From Balamuthia mandrillaris (Eukaryota), in NCBI GenBank assembly GCA_031835245.2, contig JAVKOQ020000045.1, positions 124,001 through 188,000 on the forward strand: a stretch of 64,000 nucleotides of DNA, in the 5' to 3' direction. This document shows, piece after piece, positions 28,752-41,593 of this stretch (positions are counted from its first letter, which is position 1; the number at the start of each line of letters is the position of its first letter). The notes beneath the pieces were generated by a model, which saw only the letters and a program-made list of their open reading frames with translations, was not told where the DNA came from and did not search any database. A program made the position numbers and the translations under genes.

Positions 28752-31178
28752 ATGTCTTCATCGAGAGAAAGTGGTGGCAGGGACAAAAAGAGGAAACGCA
28801 ACGAGGAGAAGGATAATGACCAAGACAGGAGAGTGCGCTCCCGTTCACGCTCCAAAGACAGAGACAAGGACCAGGGAAGAGATAAAGACAGCAGTCGGAG
28901 GCACCCCTCTTCTTCGCACAAACATCACTCGTCTTCTTCCTCCCGCCATCACTCTCGAGATCACAAGTCTTCTTCTTCTTCTCGTTCGTCTGAGGATGGT
29001 GAAAGAAGACAGTATCACCGTCACCATCATCACCGCGACGAAGAGAAAGCTTCTTCTTCTGCTACTACCAAAACACCACCACCAACGCCTGCGAATGAGG
29101 ATGGAACTGCAGCCACAAAGAAACCAGCTATAGACGTGTCGTCCTTGTTGGCCAACATAGCGGCCACCAAAGCTGCTCTTCAAAGGCAAAAAGAGCAAAT
29201 CCAAACAACCGCACCCAGTTCAACTTCATCTTCGACTGCAACAGCAGCAACCACAACCACAACAGGGAAAGGAAATGCCGCTCTCAGCGAGAGAGAACGT
29301 AAGATGGCCGAGCTGCAAGCCAAGATACAAAGCAAGTTAGGTTCCTTGCAAAGTAAACTCGGTCCCATACGAACTGCTACCACGACTGCTGCTACCCCTT
29401 CCTCTTCATCAGCGGCAGTTGGAGGAAAGACCGCGACATTTACACTGCCGCCGCCGCTTTTGTTGGACGAAGAAGGCCGTGAGATCGATCCACAAACGGG
29501 AAAGCCCATCTCGAGGCCGATGGGGCTGGTGGCCACCACCTTGATCAACAAGCGAGTGGCGAGGGAGAAAGTCTTCAAGCTAGAGAAACCCGCCGTGGAG
29601 ACTGACCCCAACAAGAACCGCTTCTTCGATCCGCGAATGAAGTTGCCTAAAGCGGAACGCACACGCAAGCTGGACTTTAACTTTGTGGAGGCGGGCACCT
29701 ACATACGGAAGGCTCAACGCATGCGCACCAAGCGCGCCAAGGAGATACTCTCCAACTCTGCAGCGTTGGCTGCCGCCTCGGCTGCTGCGGAGGATCAGGT
29801 TACTGCTGAGCAACAACAACAGCTGCTACAAGAAGCCGTTGGTGAAGTAACAGCGGCAACCGGAGGAGAAGGGAGCTCGGCGGCAGCGGCAGCAGTGTTG
29901 AGGAGAAAGGGCTTGGGAAAGATAGACTTGGAGTTGCTGCGACAGGCAGAGGAGCTAATTAGGGAGGATGTCCCGGTACCTACGGTGGAACCTTGGGACG
30001 CTCCTCTTCTCATAGATAAGCGGCAGTACGGACTGTCTCCTCCGATGGGACCCTCTCCTGCTGCCGACAACAAGGACAAAGAAAAAGAAACTTCAGGTGA
30101 ACAAAAATTGGAGGAATTGGAGAAGGAGAAAGAAAAAGAGACCGAAACACGAGCTGCCTCGTTGTATTCAGATGCTATGGCCATCGAACGTCCTGCTGTA
30201 AAACAAGAAAAAGGTGACGAAGAGGAAGAAGAGGAGAACAAAGCGGTAGTATGGCAACCAACAGAGATCGAACGCAATATAAATGGTAAGCGAGTTACAC
30301 ACCTAGTAGAACACCCTTACGTTCTACCTCCTCCCTCTGAACCGGAAGCGCCCGGCCCACGACCTCTCATGCTGACTAAAGCGGAGCGCAAGAAGATGGT
30401 TCGTCGCGCGAGAGCAGAACGTCTGCGCGAGCAACAGGAGAAAGTACTACTAGGATTAGCCGCGCCTCCAGAAAATCGCGTTCGCATCTCAAATATGATG
30501 CGCGTGATGGGTCAAGAAGCCGTCCAGGACCCAACGCAAGTTGAGCGTAAAGTCAGAGAGGAGATGGCCAAGAGGCTGCGCAATCACGAGGCGCGCAACG
30601 AAGCGCGCAAGCTCACCCCCGAACAGCGCAAGGAGAAGAAGCGAAGGAAGATGCAGGAAGACACCTCACTCTGCTGTCATGTAGCGCTCTTCAAGGTCAA
30701 CAGCCTCAGTGACAACAAGCATCGCTACAAAGTGGATATCAACGCGCAGGAGAACCATCTCAGCGGCTGCGCAGTAATCTATCGCAACTGCAACTTGGTG
30801 GTGGTAGAGGGCGGACCCAAAGCCATTCGTCGATACAAGAAGCTCATGTTAAGACGTATTGATTGGAACACTTTTGTGGAAGATGAACCTACTGAAGGAG
30901 AAGAAGGAGTAGAAGGGGCCGAGGGAGGAGCCGAAGGAATGGATGTTGGTGGGAATGAAGAAAAGAAGGGGAATGAAGAGACGGAGAAGAAGGAGAGGAA
31001 CGAGTGTTACCTGATGTGGGAGGGAGCCGTGCTCAAGCCGGCTTTTCGCAACTTTCGAGTGGAGCTGTTTTTGACAGAGAAGTTGGCAAGAAAGTGGCTC
31101 AAGGACCACAATGTGCCTCATTATTGGGACTGTGCTAAATGGTTCAAACCAGAAGACGCCATTCCCCTTGAGCCTTGA
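28752..31178 (+). CDS. PRPF3: U4/U6 snRNP protein Prp3 (intronless)
   Basis: Motifs THLVEHP, LTKAERKKMVR, PENRVRISNMMRVMGQEAVQDPTQVE, KHRYKVDINAQENHLSG and VVVEGGPKAIRRYKKLMLRRIDW. Confidence 0.97.
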   Translation: MSSSRESGGRDKKRKRNEEKDNDQDRRVRSRSRSKDRDKDQGRDKDSSRRHPSSSHKHHSSSSSRHHSRDHKSSSSSRSSEDGERRQYHRHHHHRDEEKASSSATTKTPPPTPANEDGTAATKKPAIDVSSLLANIAATKAALQRQKEQIQTTAPSSTSSSTATAATTTTTGKGNAALSERERKMAELQAKIQSKLGSLQSKLGPIRTATTTAATPSSSSAAVGGKTATFTLPPPLLLDEEGREIDPQTGKPISRPMGLVATTLINKRVAREKVFKLEKPAVETDPNKNRFFDPRMKLPKAERTRKLDFNFVEAGTYIRKAQRMRTKRAKEILSNSAALAAASAAAEDQVTAEQQQQLLQEAVGEVTAATGGEGSSAAAAAVLRRKGLGKIDLELLRQAEELIREDVPVPTVEPWDAPLLIDKRQYGLSPPMGPSPAADNKDKEKETSGEQKLEELEKEKEKETETRAASLYSDAMAIERPAVKQEKGDEEEEEENKAVVWQPTEIERNINGKRVTHLVEHPYVLPPPSEPEAPGPRPLMLTKAERKKMVRRARAERLREQQEKVLLGLAAPPENRVRISNMMRVMGQEAVQDPTQVERKVREEMAKRLRNHEARNEARKLTPEQRKEKKRRKMQEDTSLCCHVALFKVNSLSDNKHRYKVDINAQENHLSGCAVIYRNCNLVVVEGGPKAIRRYKKLMLRRIDWNTFVEDEPTEGEEGVEGAEGGAEGMDVGGNEEKKGNEETEKKERNECYLMWEGAVLKPAFRNFRVELFLTEKLARKWLKDHNVPHYWDCAKWFKPEDAIPLEP

Positions 31179-31247
31179 TCTCCTCTCTCTCTCTCTCTCT
31201 CTCTCTCTTGTTTTTGTTATTGGCAAATTCCTTTATGAAAAATCATT

Positions 31248-34200
31248 CTAATGCATTTGTTTCTGCTTTGAGCTAGTTGCACGTAGAGGACTGGATTTGC
31301 TGTGATTGCTCTCTTGCTTCTTTTTGGAGCTACTAGAGGAGGAAAGCGTGCAGTCAGTAGACGCACTTCTCTCGCGATGGATATGACTTTTGCTGCTTCG
31401 GTGTTTTCTCTTCTCGGAGGAAGAAGGCGATGAAGGAGAGGAAGGGGTTAAAGACGAAGAGGAAGATGAAGCAGACACAAAAGACTTTGAAGAAGATGAT
31501 TTGCTCGTTTTATGCGTTGATTTTGTTACAGAAAGCGAACCGGTGGATGATGTGGAGGAAGATGAGGAATGACTGCTATGCTTTCGCGTGGGTTTAGCTA
31601 TGGATGCAGCTGGCTTAGTATGTGTTGGGGCAAAGGAGAGGGAAGAGGCCGACGAAGAAGAAGAAGAAGACGACGGTGATGAAGAAGAACGGAGATTATT
31701 ATTGTGGACTTGCGGTCGCACAATGTGAGAACGTGAGGATACCTTCCTCTTTGATTTTGCTTTTGTAGAAGAAGCCAACGAAGAAGAAGAAGAAGAAGAA
31801 GAAGAAGAAAGAGAAGAAGAAGAAGCGGAAGAAGGAGCAGGGGCAACGGAAGCACCAGCAGAGCCGGATAGAAAGGTATAAGCAGGACCAGAAGAAGTCA
31901 CAGATAAATCAGGTGCAATGGAAGAAATTGCAGAAGAACCGGATAGAGAAGAATCCGAAGATGAAGAAGAGAGTGAGGGAGAGTCATGATCCAGAGGACG
32001 AACGATGTCAGAAACGGATTGCGGTATACTTCTGTCGCTCGACTTTACCTTTCTGGAGATTCTGGTGCCTGAAGTAATGGGTTGTAATGTCGTCTTCCCG
32101 GTCAACCTTCTTAGCCGTTTTGGTGTGTTAGTCTCTTCAATGTGGCTATGATCAACCAGAAGCTCCACCGCACGTCTGTTGCTGTTACTGTGGTTGCTGC
32201 TGTCGTTAATGTTGTTATTATTGTCTGTATTGTTACTGTTGTTGCGTTTGTGCTTGTTGCTTTTATCGTTACTATTTGGTTGTTGTTCCTCTTCAGCGAG
32301 GGTAACTGGTGGAAGTTTGCTGTTGCTTCCAAGAAGCGAGTTGAATAGAGAAGAACGCGATTTGTGCTGCCTCGAAGTGGACACTTCAGGAGAAGAACAA
32401 GGAGAAGGTAGCAGCAAGTTAGATTCTTTTGCCAGGTCCTCCAACTTGCCTGGGCCAAGTGTGGCTTGCAGGATGATAGTCCCAGCAGTAAGCTTGAACT
32501 TGCCGCTGCTGCCGTGATCGGACAAAGCAACGCGTTGGCTTTCGGTCTTGATGCAGCTGTCTACTGCAGTCATCCATTTGCGCTTGCTATCTTCGGAGGA
32601 GGCGTAGAATGTGCATTGCTTCTTCTCGTTGTCATAATCTATCAGTTTGAAAGCAAAGCGTAATGCTTTGAAAGATAAGGCACCAAATGGAGAAGTGAGT
32701 TCAAAAGAAGGAAGAAAACAGAAGAAGCATGGTGGTTACCGAGAGTGTCCGGAAGGTGAACGAGATGAGTGTGGCTGAACAGGAATTCCTCTTTGAAGTT
32801 ATAGGTATCCTTTTGTTGTTTGGTTATCATCAAGAAGTCTGTAAACAAGAATAGATATCGGTAAACGGAACGCTTCTTATTCTCCTGCAGCACCAATATA
32901 ATGCCTTGCTTCAACAGCTTGCGGCCAGGTTGTACCAATGTCTATCCCCGTTCATTCAACATTAATTGTTAGATGTTAATGCACTTCTTAGCTTTTGGGT
33001 GACGAAGAAGATAAGAGTTATGCAAAGGTTAACATACGTGGGCTCTTGGGTAGTTTTGTATGACCGCTTGTAATGTAAACATTTGAGCCAGATTCTCAGC
33101 ACTATGTTTGGCCTCATTAAGGAAATTTGCCAGCTTTTCCATCTCTTCCAAAGCTTTGCAAAGGTTTTCGTAATCTTTACCATGCTGCCAAAACATTGTT
33201 GTGTAAGTTTCCTCACGTCTTGTAATTGCAAAAGAAAAGCAAACCTGAGGACTGTGTTTGACGACTTCTTGAAGTAACAGGCGATAACGGGGCACCCGTT
33301 GAACTGGCTGGATGAGATAGTCTTCAAGACTAAGATTGCGAGATTCGGGCAGCGCTCGTTGCTTTGCCGTGAAATTCTTCCACTCGGGGTTGTTCATTCG
33401 GAGCTCCATTAATATCCTAATCGCTTCATCGTAGTTATTAACATAAGTACTATACATTTTCAAGTATGATGCCTTTGATTATATGGTTGCTAAAGCTCAG
33501 TCGAAAAGAGAAGATAGCACAGAGAGAAAGAGGGAGAGAAAAGGTACCAGTTCTATAAAGAGTTGGCCTAGAGAATCTCTTGCATTGCCGCCTTCTACTT
33601 CTTTCTTTAAATCATTATAGAACTTCTCATTTAGCTGGTAAATGATACGAACACAAGAAAATATCTGCTTCACTTGCTTCGGGGTTATCAACATCTCCTC
33701 TCCCCCTTCATGTTGGCTTTCCAATACGTCCAAGTATAGGTCTATGATTACTTTAAGGTTTCGCACGTACTCTTTCTCCGAGTAAAGTATCTCATGTACC
33801 ACTTGCTGTCTTCTTACGAACATGCGATCCTCTTCTGCTTCTTGTTTAACTGCAGCGATGATTGCTTCGCTATATGGTGTGTTGGAGCGTTCTCTGCTAC
33901 CACTATTGTTACTATTGTTATTTGTGACCTGTAGCTGTTGAACGATAATGCTATCAATGTTACTGTAGTTGTTGGATGTTTGTTGTGATTGTATCTGCTG
34001 TTGCTGTTGCTGAAGTTTGGAACGTTCTTGTGAGTTGGTTAGATGCGTCCATATTTCACTTGTGTCGTCTAGAGTGTACAAAATACAATAAGCATCAAAG
34101 AGTAAAAGTGAAAAGGTAGTTAAAGCCAAACCTGGTAATTCCAAGTTATGAAGAAGCTTTTGGGCAGAGTTATGGAGGTCTTTATAGAGTTCTCTCTCTT

Positions 34201-35902
34201 CTATTTGCTTCGCAATGCTTTCGAATAACGATGGAGCTCCATGGCTGTTTAAAACACTGCGACTTTTAGCTGTTTTGTTAACGTCAGGCCTTATTTTTCT
34301 TCTAGTAGTAGGAAGACAAAAAAACAAATGGGGTTATACCGTCGACAGAAAGATTGACAAGCAAGGAGAAGAGGTCATGCAGAAAGGCTTGGTCTCTCTG
34401 TGTGAGCGGTGGAAAAGACGCTTCCCTTACAAGAGCCAACAACCTGGCTATGCCACCTGAGCGTCTTATCTCTGTTCGCAAGTCCTCTGGATTTGTGTTT
34501 TAATACAATGTAAGTCGTATGAAAGAAAATCGCAGATAAAAGAAGAGGAAGAACCTCTTACCCGAAAGAGATACATTCAAAAGACATGCCACAAGTTCGC
34601 TATGCATGCTTTGTTCTTCGTAGTCAAAAAGCAGATCGACCAAACTTACAACAATTCGTTCATTGAGAAGCAATGGAAAGCAGGAATCTACAAGAAGATG
34701 CATAAGAACAAAGCGTCATACGGAGATGCATAAATTTGTACCATCGAGTGTCAGGTTACAAAGAAGTTGAATGATAGTTCGTTGGGTTTGTTGGGTTTGA
34801 GAGGAATGAAGTGTTTTATGAAGTCGTTTAATAAAGTCGCTTCCGCTAACTTTCCGCAATATCTTTCCTACAATGTTTTGGTACATCTCAGCAGATACAA
34901 ACATCTTCAGCTGAAAAGAGAAAGAATGATCGCACCGCTTCTGGCCGTCATAACGAGTAGAATATTTCCAACACTTCTTTTTATCTTGTCGTTATCGCAT
35001 TCTAATAACGACATTAAGTTTTTAAGAACGCTGTCAGCTTCACAAAAGGCTTCTGCCACGCTTCCTAAATATTTTGTTTTTCAGAATAAGAATTCTGAAG
35101 AAAAGAAAGAGAGGAGAGTACAAGGAGATACCTTCACGTAGAATATTGGCTAGAGCAGACGCAGCTTGGGTAACTATACGAGGGCTAAACCGAAGATTAC
35201 AAGTATCCACTTCGCGAAACGAGGAATCATAAGATGAAGTTGAAACACGTAACTCAAACAGTTTCGCCAGAGAAGAAATAATGCCACTTTCGGCGATCGC
35301 TTTCCTGATTTTTCCAAGAAGGTGAGCAACGAGTTCGGCGAGAAAGGCAAATAGCCAACTTGAGACGAGATAGAAACGAACCTATTTTCAGTTGTTTTTG
35401 CTGTATTTTGAAGCGCCCACAGAACCTTTTCAATAACATCTTCGTTGGCTGTTTCATCTAGTAGCCTCTTCATAACCTTCAGCGCCATATTATCTTTGCA
35501 CATCGCGTTTTGCACGTCCTCTGTTTGTGTTCAAAATGGGTCAGAGCTACAAACGAAAACTGTACGGAGAAGAGCTACGAATCAAGGAGCGTTTTACCAT
35601 TTTGATAACATAAATTGGAGAGAGCCCAACAAGCCAACATCTGTTGAACATCGCTGTAGTTTCTGTCTATCAACCTGCTCAACGCTGGAATAACACCGCA
35701 TTGTACGAGTTGACTTTTCCAATGGCTCCTTCCTCCTGAAGAGAACAACGCTTTTCGGTTAGATTTGCCATTGATACTATTTCTCCGGTTGCAAGTACTA
35801 GCCTTCGGCCGCAGCGTTGACTATGACTCGAAGGGCAATGTCCTGAGCATAAGTTCCGTCGGAGCTCAGATCTTGAACCAACTGGCCGCTGTTCTCGCTC
35901 AT
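31248..35902 (-). CDS. Armadillo-repeat + RhoGEF (DH) + PH protein with a Ser-rich tail; spliced
   Basis: DH motifs RQQVVHEILYSEKEYVRNL, KMYSTYVNNYDEA and LEDYLIQPVQRVPRYRLLL. PH motifs RKLLKQG and YLFLFTDFLMITK. ARM-like N-terminal exons (LWALQNTA, LLCNLT). Confidence 0.88.
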
Positions 35903-36186
35903 TTTCGTTTTCCCCCCGCTTAACCGAAACGCCTATAACGGTTGGTGCACAAGGCTCGCCCTTTTTTTTTTTTTTCTTCTTCCGTTGACTCGCCCTTCCT
36001 CTTCTTGTTGCACCCTATACTATACAAATTAAAAAATGAGAACAGGAGCGAACAAAAGGCTTTCTTTCCAACGAAAAGGCATCGCGAGCTATACCTTTTT
36101 TTGACGAGAGCATAAGCGTCGACCTATAACGAGTCGCCAAGAAATTCTTGTTATTTACCACAAAGCAAAAGAAAAGAAAGAAGAGA

Positions 36187-36810
36187 ATGGAGTTACTAAC
36201 CTTTGTATTTTATGCGGCGGTCTTTGCCATGTGCTTCCTTGTCTTTCATCGCATGAACCAAGACAGCTCGGAGAAGGAAAACCCCTGGGAAACTTTCTCC
36301 AAAAAGATTAAAGGTAACCACCCTCATGATGGACGAGCACTCGCTCTTCCCCTTCCTTCCGCTTTTTGTTTCTTCTTCTGCCTCCTCCTCCTTCTTTTGA
36401 ACTAAAGCTGCGTTGTCGTTGCAGTCAAACTGGAAGAGAAGGAAAAAGAAAAGAAGGAGAAAGAAAAGAAGAGAAAGTCCTCCAAAGACGAGAGCAAGAA
36501 AAAGGCTCAGCTGCCCTCCAAGAAGATCGTGCTCGGGGCGGAGGGCCACCTAAAGTCTCTCTCTGTTTTGGGGTACCTCGAAGAGGACGAAGGAGGCCGC
36601 TTCAAGCGCGTCGGCAGCTCGTTGCAGGTAGCAAAGACCGTTGTTCCTCATCGGCCCAATCAACCCACGACAAGCGTCGTTAGATCAGAGCAGCTCTCGG
36701 TTGCTTTGGGAGGAGAGATGACGATGACACCAAGGCAGCGGAAAGGGAAATCGCGTTCTTCGTCCTCAGCTTCATCTTCGTCGGTGCACTCTGGCACGCG
36801 CTCCGACTGA
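36187..36810 (+). CDS. Hypothetical small protein with an N-terminal transmembrane anchor and a basic region; one intron
   Basis: MELLTFVFYAAVFAMCFLVF is hydrophobic. A GT-AG intron joins it to a Lys/Arg-rich exon. No family recognised. Confidence 0.45.
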
Positions 36811-37142
36811 GAAAACACACGAGACTTTTCTATTAACACTATGGTGAGGAGGTGTGACGATGGCGGAAGGAAGCGTTACTTGCACGTTAGAGGAGGTGAA
36901 CGTCCTTCACAACCGAGCCCCTGCCTTGGTTTGCAAGGCCTTTTTCCGCGTTCGGCTTCGGACATCTTCCAGTGGAGAGAACGCTTCAGAGAGCCGGCTT
37001 CCCTGCTCCATCCTGATAAAAAGAGAGAAGCAGGCACGAAGAAAGGAAGAGAAGCAACAGGAGTAAAACAGTGAAAGCTAACTGTTGAGGGAAAAAAAAA
37101 AGAGCATTGAATAAATAGATGTAGACAGATGGACAACCTTTT

Positions 37143-37871
37143 TCACACAAACGCTTCCTTAGACGTAACGGAGAGACTCGCTTTGCTAAGAAACTCTTCG
37201 GCATGAGGCAAGTCCACCTCTTCCACGCGGTGGTCCTCTGCTTCTTCCTGTCGTTGCTGAGCATGGCCGCTGTTTCCTTGCTGCTGCTGCTGCATCCTCA
37301 TCCTGTGCTCTCGCCGTTGCTCTGCCATCCAGTGCATGGCCGCCACCACTCGCTCCTGAAAGTCCTCTCTGGAGGGCAGCCTGTCCTTCAGGCGACACAG
37401 GAACTCGTCATGGCCGCGGTACTGCCGGTAGACCGGTTGTTTCTCAGGGTTCAACAGGTAGGTCTTCATCTTGTGCTCATCAAAGTCCCAGAGGAAGGAC
37501 GTGTGCTGCACAAAACTGATCTTGTCGGAAAGGGAGAAGTGCAGGTAAGACTGGGAGGCGAGCAGCTGCAAAGAGGAGGCAAGCAAGAACGAAAAGAAGA
37601 AGGGCAGGAGAGCACGAACCGATCTTTGCCGATGCGTTGGGCGGTGCCGCCAAACTTCTTTTCTCCAAAAACGTAGTCGTTCTCGCGCAAGGCGAACTCA
37701 TGGGAGAACTCCCCGAGAGCTCTGCTGTAGAGACCTTCCGTCCATTTCATGATCTCACGAGGAAACAATGGAACCTTTGTTCGTGAGTGTGTGCGCATGT
37801 GTGGGTCCAAAGAGAACACGAGTTGAGAGTGAGCAACCAAAGATGACACTCGATGAGGGAAAGATGACTGA

Positions 37872-37904
<33 letters not shown>

Positions 37905-38243
37905 TTTCTAGATGACAAAAGAAAAAAGGGTAGCGCATACGTTGAAGGGCTCGAGGAAGCTGGTGCCGCCTATCAAAGAGGCAAAGACGGTGTCCTCATC
38001 GATGAACACGGTGCCGCCGCCAGAGTAGCGCCGGATGACCTTGACGTTGTCCCTTCGCACGTTGGCCACCTCCACCAGGGACTCGGCGCGAGCGTACATG
38101 CTCATGACCACGGCCGGAGGGGAGCCGCTGTTCAGGATGAGCCAGGTGTTGTGCAGGTCGTGCTTCATGATGGCCTCCTCCAGGTGGAGCTGCCGGAGGA
38201 TCGGCACTTTGTGGAGGCGAAGGACCTTGATGCCTGCCCTCAT
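37143..38243 (-). CDS. Lipoate-protein ligase-like (BPL/LPL catalytic domain) protein; spliced
   Basis: Motifs PILRQLHLEEAI, VIRRYSGGGTVFID, ENDYVFGEKKFGGTAQ, HTSFLWDF and QPVYRQYRGHDEFL. Confidence 0.88.
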
Positions 38244-38343
38244 CTTGCTTTCTTCTTGTTCTTGTTCTTGTTCTTCTTCTTCTTCTTCTTCTTCTTCTTC
38301 TTCTTCTTCTTCTTCTTCTTCTTTTTCGTTTTCCAGGAAGAGG

Positions 38344-38390
<47 letters not shown>

Positions 38391-38449
38391 CGATTCGTTT
38401 TTATTTCTCTCTGCACAACAAGAAGGGAACAAGCCAGTCGCAGCCAAAG

Positions 38450-38702
38450 CTAGCTGTGGAAGGTGGCAAACTCTTCGAGCTCGCAGCGCCTGGGCGCAAA
38501 GGTGTTGATGGGGTCGGACATGTCCGGCCAGCCGACCGCCATTCCGCAGACGATGAGGCGATCCTCCCCCAACCCGCAGTGCTCCTTCACCACTTTGGGG
38601 CGTGAGGCCACGCTTACCTGCGGGCAAGCACCTTATGACACAAGAAGGAGAGAGAGAACGAGAGAAGCAGAGAAGAGTACGAGAGTACGAGAGAAGCAGA
38701 GA

Positions 38703-38753
<51 letters not shown>

Positions 38754-39375
38754 GCAAGGGCATGTTAGACAAGGCCATTGGGACTCCAAAAATGAGGAGA
38801 GATAGTACCGAGGCCTAAGGAGTGGAAGCCAAGGACGTTCTGAAGGAAGCACCCAATCTCCAGAAAACTGCCGGCGACCGCATTGGCAGGCAGGTGGAAG
38901 ATGAGCTCCACCGGGGCACCAAAAAACTGTAAGTTCAAGCGTCTCTGCCGCAAGCGCCCTGCCTCATCCGTCCTTTCGATATTGTACATTGCATAAAACT
39001 CTTTGCCGTATTCTTTTGCAGTGCCAAAGGTAAGTGTTTTGTGACGAAAAAAAACAACGAGCCAAAAACAAACACCGCACCAAACATCCTTGCTGCGGTG
39101 TCTTGGTCAGGTTCGTCTGGCCTGTTCTTGTATTCAAGGCACTCAGGAATGCCGTTGTCAAAGTCTTCGCACAACTTTGCGGAGAGGGCCTCACGGGAGG
39201 CGCCCGTTACCACCTCCACCTTCCATGGTTGGCCGTTTCGCGAGGAGGGGGCGTTCCTTGCGGCCAACAGCACGTCCTGGATGAGCTTCGCCGGCACCTC
39301 TTTGTCGGCAAAGTAGTTGCGCTTGCTGTGTCGCTCCGCGATGAGCGTCAGCAGGTCTTTTTCTTTCTTTTCCAT
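38450..39375 (-). CDS. Nitroreductase family protein; spliced
   Basis: Motifs IAERHSKRNY, AARNAPSSRNGQPWKVEVV, NLQFFGAPV, GSFLEIGCFLQNVL and IVCGMAVGWPD. Confidence 0.92.
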
Positions 39376-39392
39376 CTTTTTTGCTGCAAACT

Positions 39393-39517
39393 TTCAAACC
39401 ACCAGTCATTAATCAGAACGGCATGTTTGTGTCGACTATCAAGATTGATCGATCGTCCTTCAGAACACCAATCATAAATCAAAATGGCATGTTTTTGTCG
39501 ACAATCCAGGACTTGAT
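39393..39517. repeat. Diverged two-copy tandem repeat (66-bp period) in a divergent intergenic region
   Basis: Copies start at 39393 and 39459 and share the core ...TCATWAATCARAAYGGCATGTTTKTGTCGACWATC. Confidence 0.85.
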
Positions 39518-39571
39518 ATTTTTTGCGGACAACGAAACGGACAAACAAAAGATAAGGATTTATCGTAAAGG

Positions 39572-40461
39572 ATGGAGGGAGACGAGGCGAAGCAGGACAC
39601 CCCGGGGGTTGAGAACAGCGCGGCGGTTTTCCTGCCCAACGAGGTGTGGGACATGGTCATCAGTTTTCTGGAGCGGGATGAAAGATTTCGTTTGGGACTT
39701 GTTTGCAAATGTTGGCGAGAGTTTTCGCTTCGACACAGTACGCCGTCTTTGATTTGATTCGAATGATTTTTCGGCTGCTTGCTTTTTCGTTTCTTTCTCC
39801 CCGCCTGCTCCTCCTTTTTGTTCTCACGGTCGCTTTCTGTTTCTGTCCCTGCTTAAAAGATAGGGTGGTGTGTGAGGCCACACAGGAGGAGGCAAAAGAA
39901 TATCTACAACTAGGAGCAGAGGAGCAGCGTCGCTCTCTGCTCTCCTCCTACAAATGCCACTCGGATGTCTACCTTCGAGAGCTCAACCTCTTTGCCACGG
40001 CCTATCTCGACAAAACCCTGTTTGACCCTTACTGCTACATGTTCTATGGGACGGAGTTTGTCTACCCTGTGCTGGAGTTTGGCAAGAAGCACCGTGATGC
40101 TGAGGCGCTGGCTGTCATTCTTGGTGGCATTATGATCTTGGCTCGTGATGGTTTGAACGTTTGCTTCTCTCTCTAGCTCTCTTCTATTTCTCTTATTTTC
40201 TCGTGTTTTATGTCTTGTTTTCTCTCGTTTTTTCTTCTCGTTCTCCCCCCATGTCTTCTTTCTTTCTCTTTTCTTCTCTGCTCTCTTGCTAAGCTTACGT
40301 GTTTTTTCCCTTTAAATAGATGATAATGAGATGCTCATTTCTGAAAAAGACGGCATCAACTTGGTGATACAGGCAATGAAGAAATACCCAAATCATGTGG
40401 GCGTACAAGCCAACGGATGTTGTTCCCTTTGTAACCTTAGCTACAATAGTTTGTTCCTTCT

Positions 40462-40503
<42 letters not shown>

Positions 40504-41293
40504 TCTGTTCTCCCTAGAGTGAGGCCTAAAGAAGCAAAACATAGGTGCCAATGAGCGTGCCGTATTCACAAATGGTGGCATTCCATTGGTCATCAACGCA
40601 TTGCGAAACCATCTTGATAACCCTCTCGTGCAGCACCAAGGAGCTGCTGCTGTTCGTAACCTCTGTATTAATTGTATGTCTCATCCTCCCAGGTTTTCTC
40701 GTTCTGTCCCCTCATTTCTCCTCTATTCCCATTTCTTTCGCTTTCCCTCTATTTCTCACCCAATACAAATATCAACAGATAGGAAACCTCTTCTTGCGGA
40801 AGGGGCACTGGACCTAGTGCTGGCTGGAATGAAAAGACATCCAGAGCACGCATTGGTGCAACGGGACGGCTGTGCCGCTCTAAAGAACTTGGCTTACGAG
40901 AGCCCTAAAGTGGCGGAGGAGGTTCTCGCCAAAGGAGGCGGCTTGCTTGTACTGCAAGCCATGGACAACCACATCAACCACGCGGCTGTGCAAGAGAAGG
41001 CTTGTGAGACTATTAGAAATCTCTTTCACGTTCCCTCTCCTAGTGGTACTTGCTATCTTTCTATCTTATTTTCATTTCTTTCTTGTTCCACCTCTCTCTG
41101 TCTCTCTCTGCCCTCTGCTCTCTCTTGTGGTTTGCTGACGTAACAAAAAACAAAAGAACATTGGAAGCCGCTGATAAGGGAGCACGGCGTGTGCGATAAA
41201 CTGCAAAGAGCTATGGACAAGCACCCCGAGCTGTCGGCACAAAGGGTGGCTGCCTGGTTGATCAATGTCTTCAACGCCCTGGTGGAAGAGTAA
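39572..41293 (+). CDS. F-box + armadillo-repeat protein (Aardvark-like architecture); spliced
   Basis: F-box FLPNEVWDMVISFL...LVCKCWR. ARM repeats VIQAMKKYPNHVGVQANGCCSLCNL, VQHQGAAAVRNL and VQRDGCAALKNL. Confidence 0.85.
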
Positions 41294-41593
41294 AGCAATC
41301 AAGGGAGCAACGTGAAGCATGGTTGTGGCATCAACACAGAAGCAAAAAGCAAAAAGCAAAAAAGAAAAAGTTTTAGATTAAAAAAACAAAAAAAAATGAT
41401 GAAGAATGTAACAACATAAAAAATAATAAATAAGAAATAAAGGGGCAACAGAGAAGAAGTAGAAGGTGTTGGCGTTTGTCGCATCGTCATGTACATCCAT
41501 CTTCGCTAGTACGTTTTTCGTGATCTACGAAATACATTTATGTGTTCTCACCGGTTGCTGAAGGCGTCGTCCTTCCTTTTTTTTTAAAGCAAC

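Noticed and set aside
36841..37074. Short + strand ORFs after the small membrane protein gene
   Set aside because: They cannot be linked by clear splice sites or assigned to any family.
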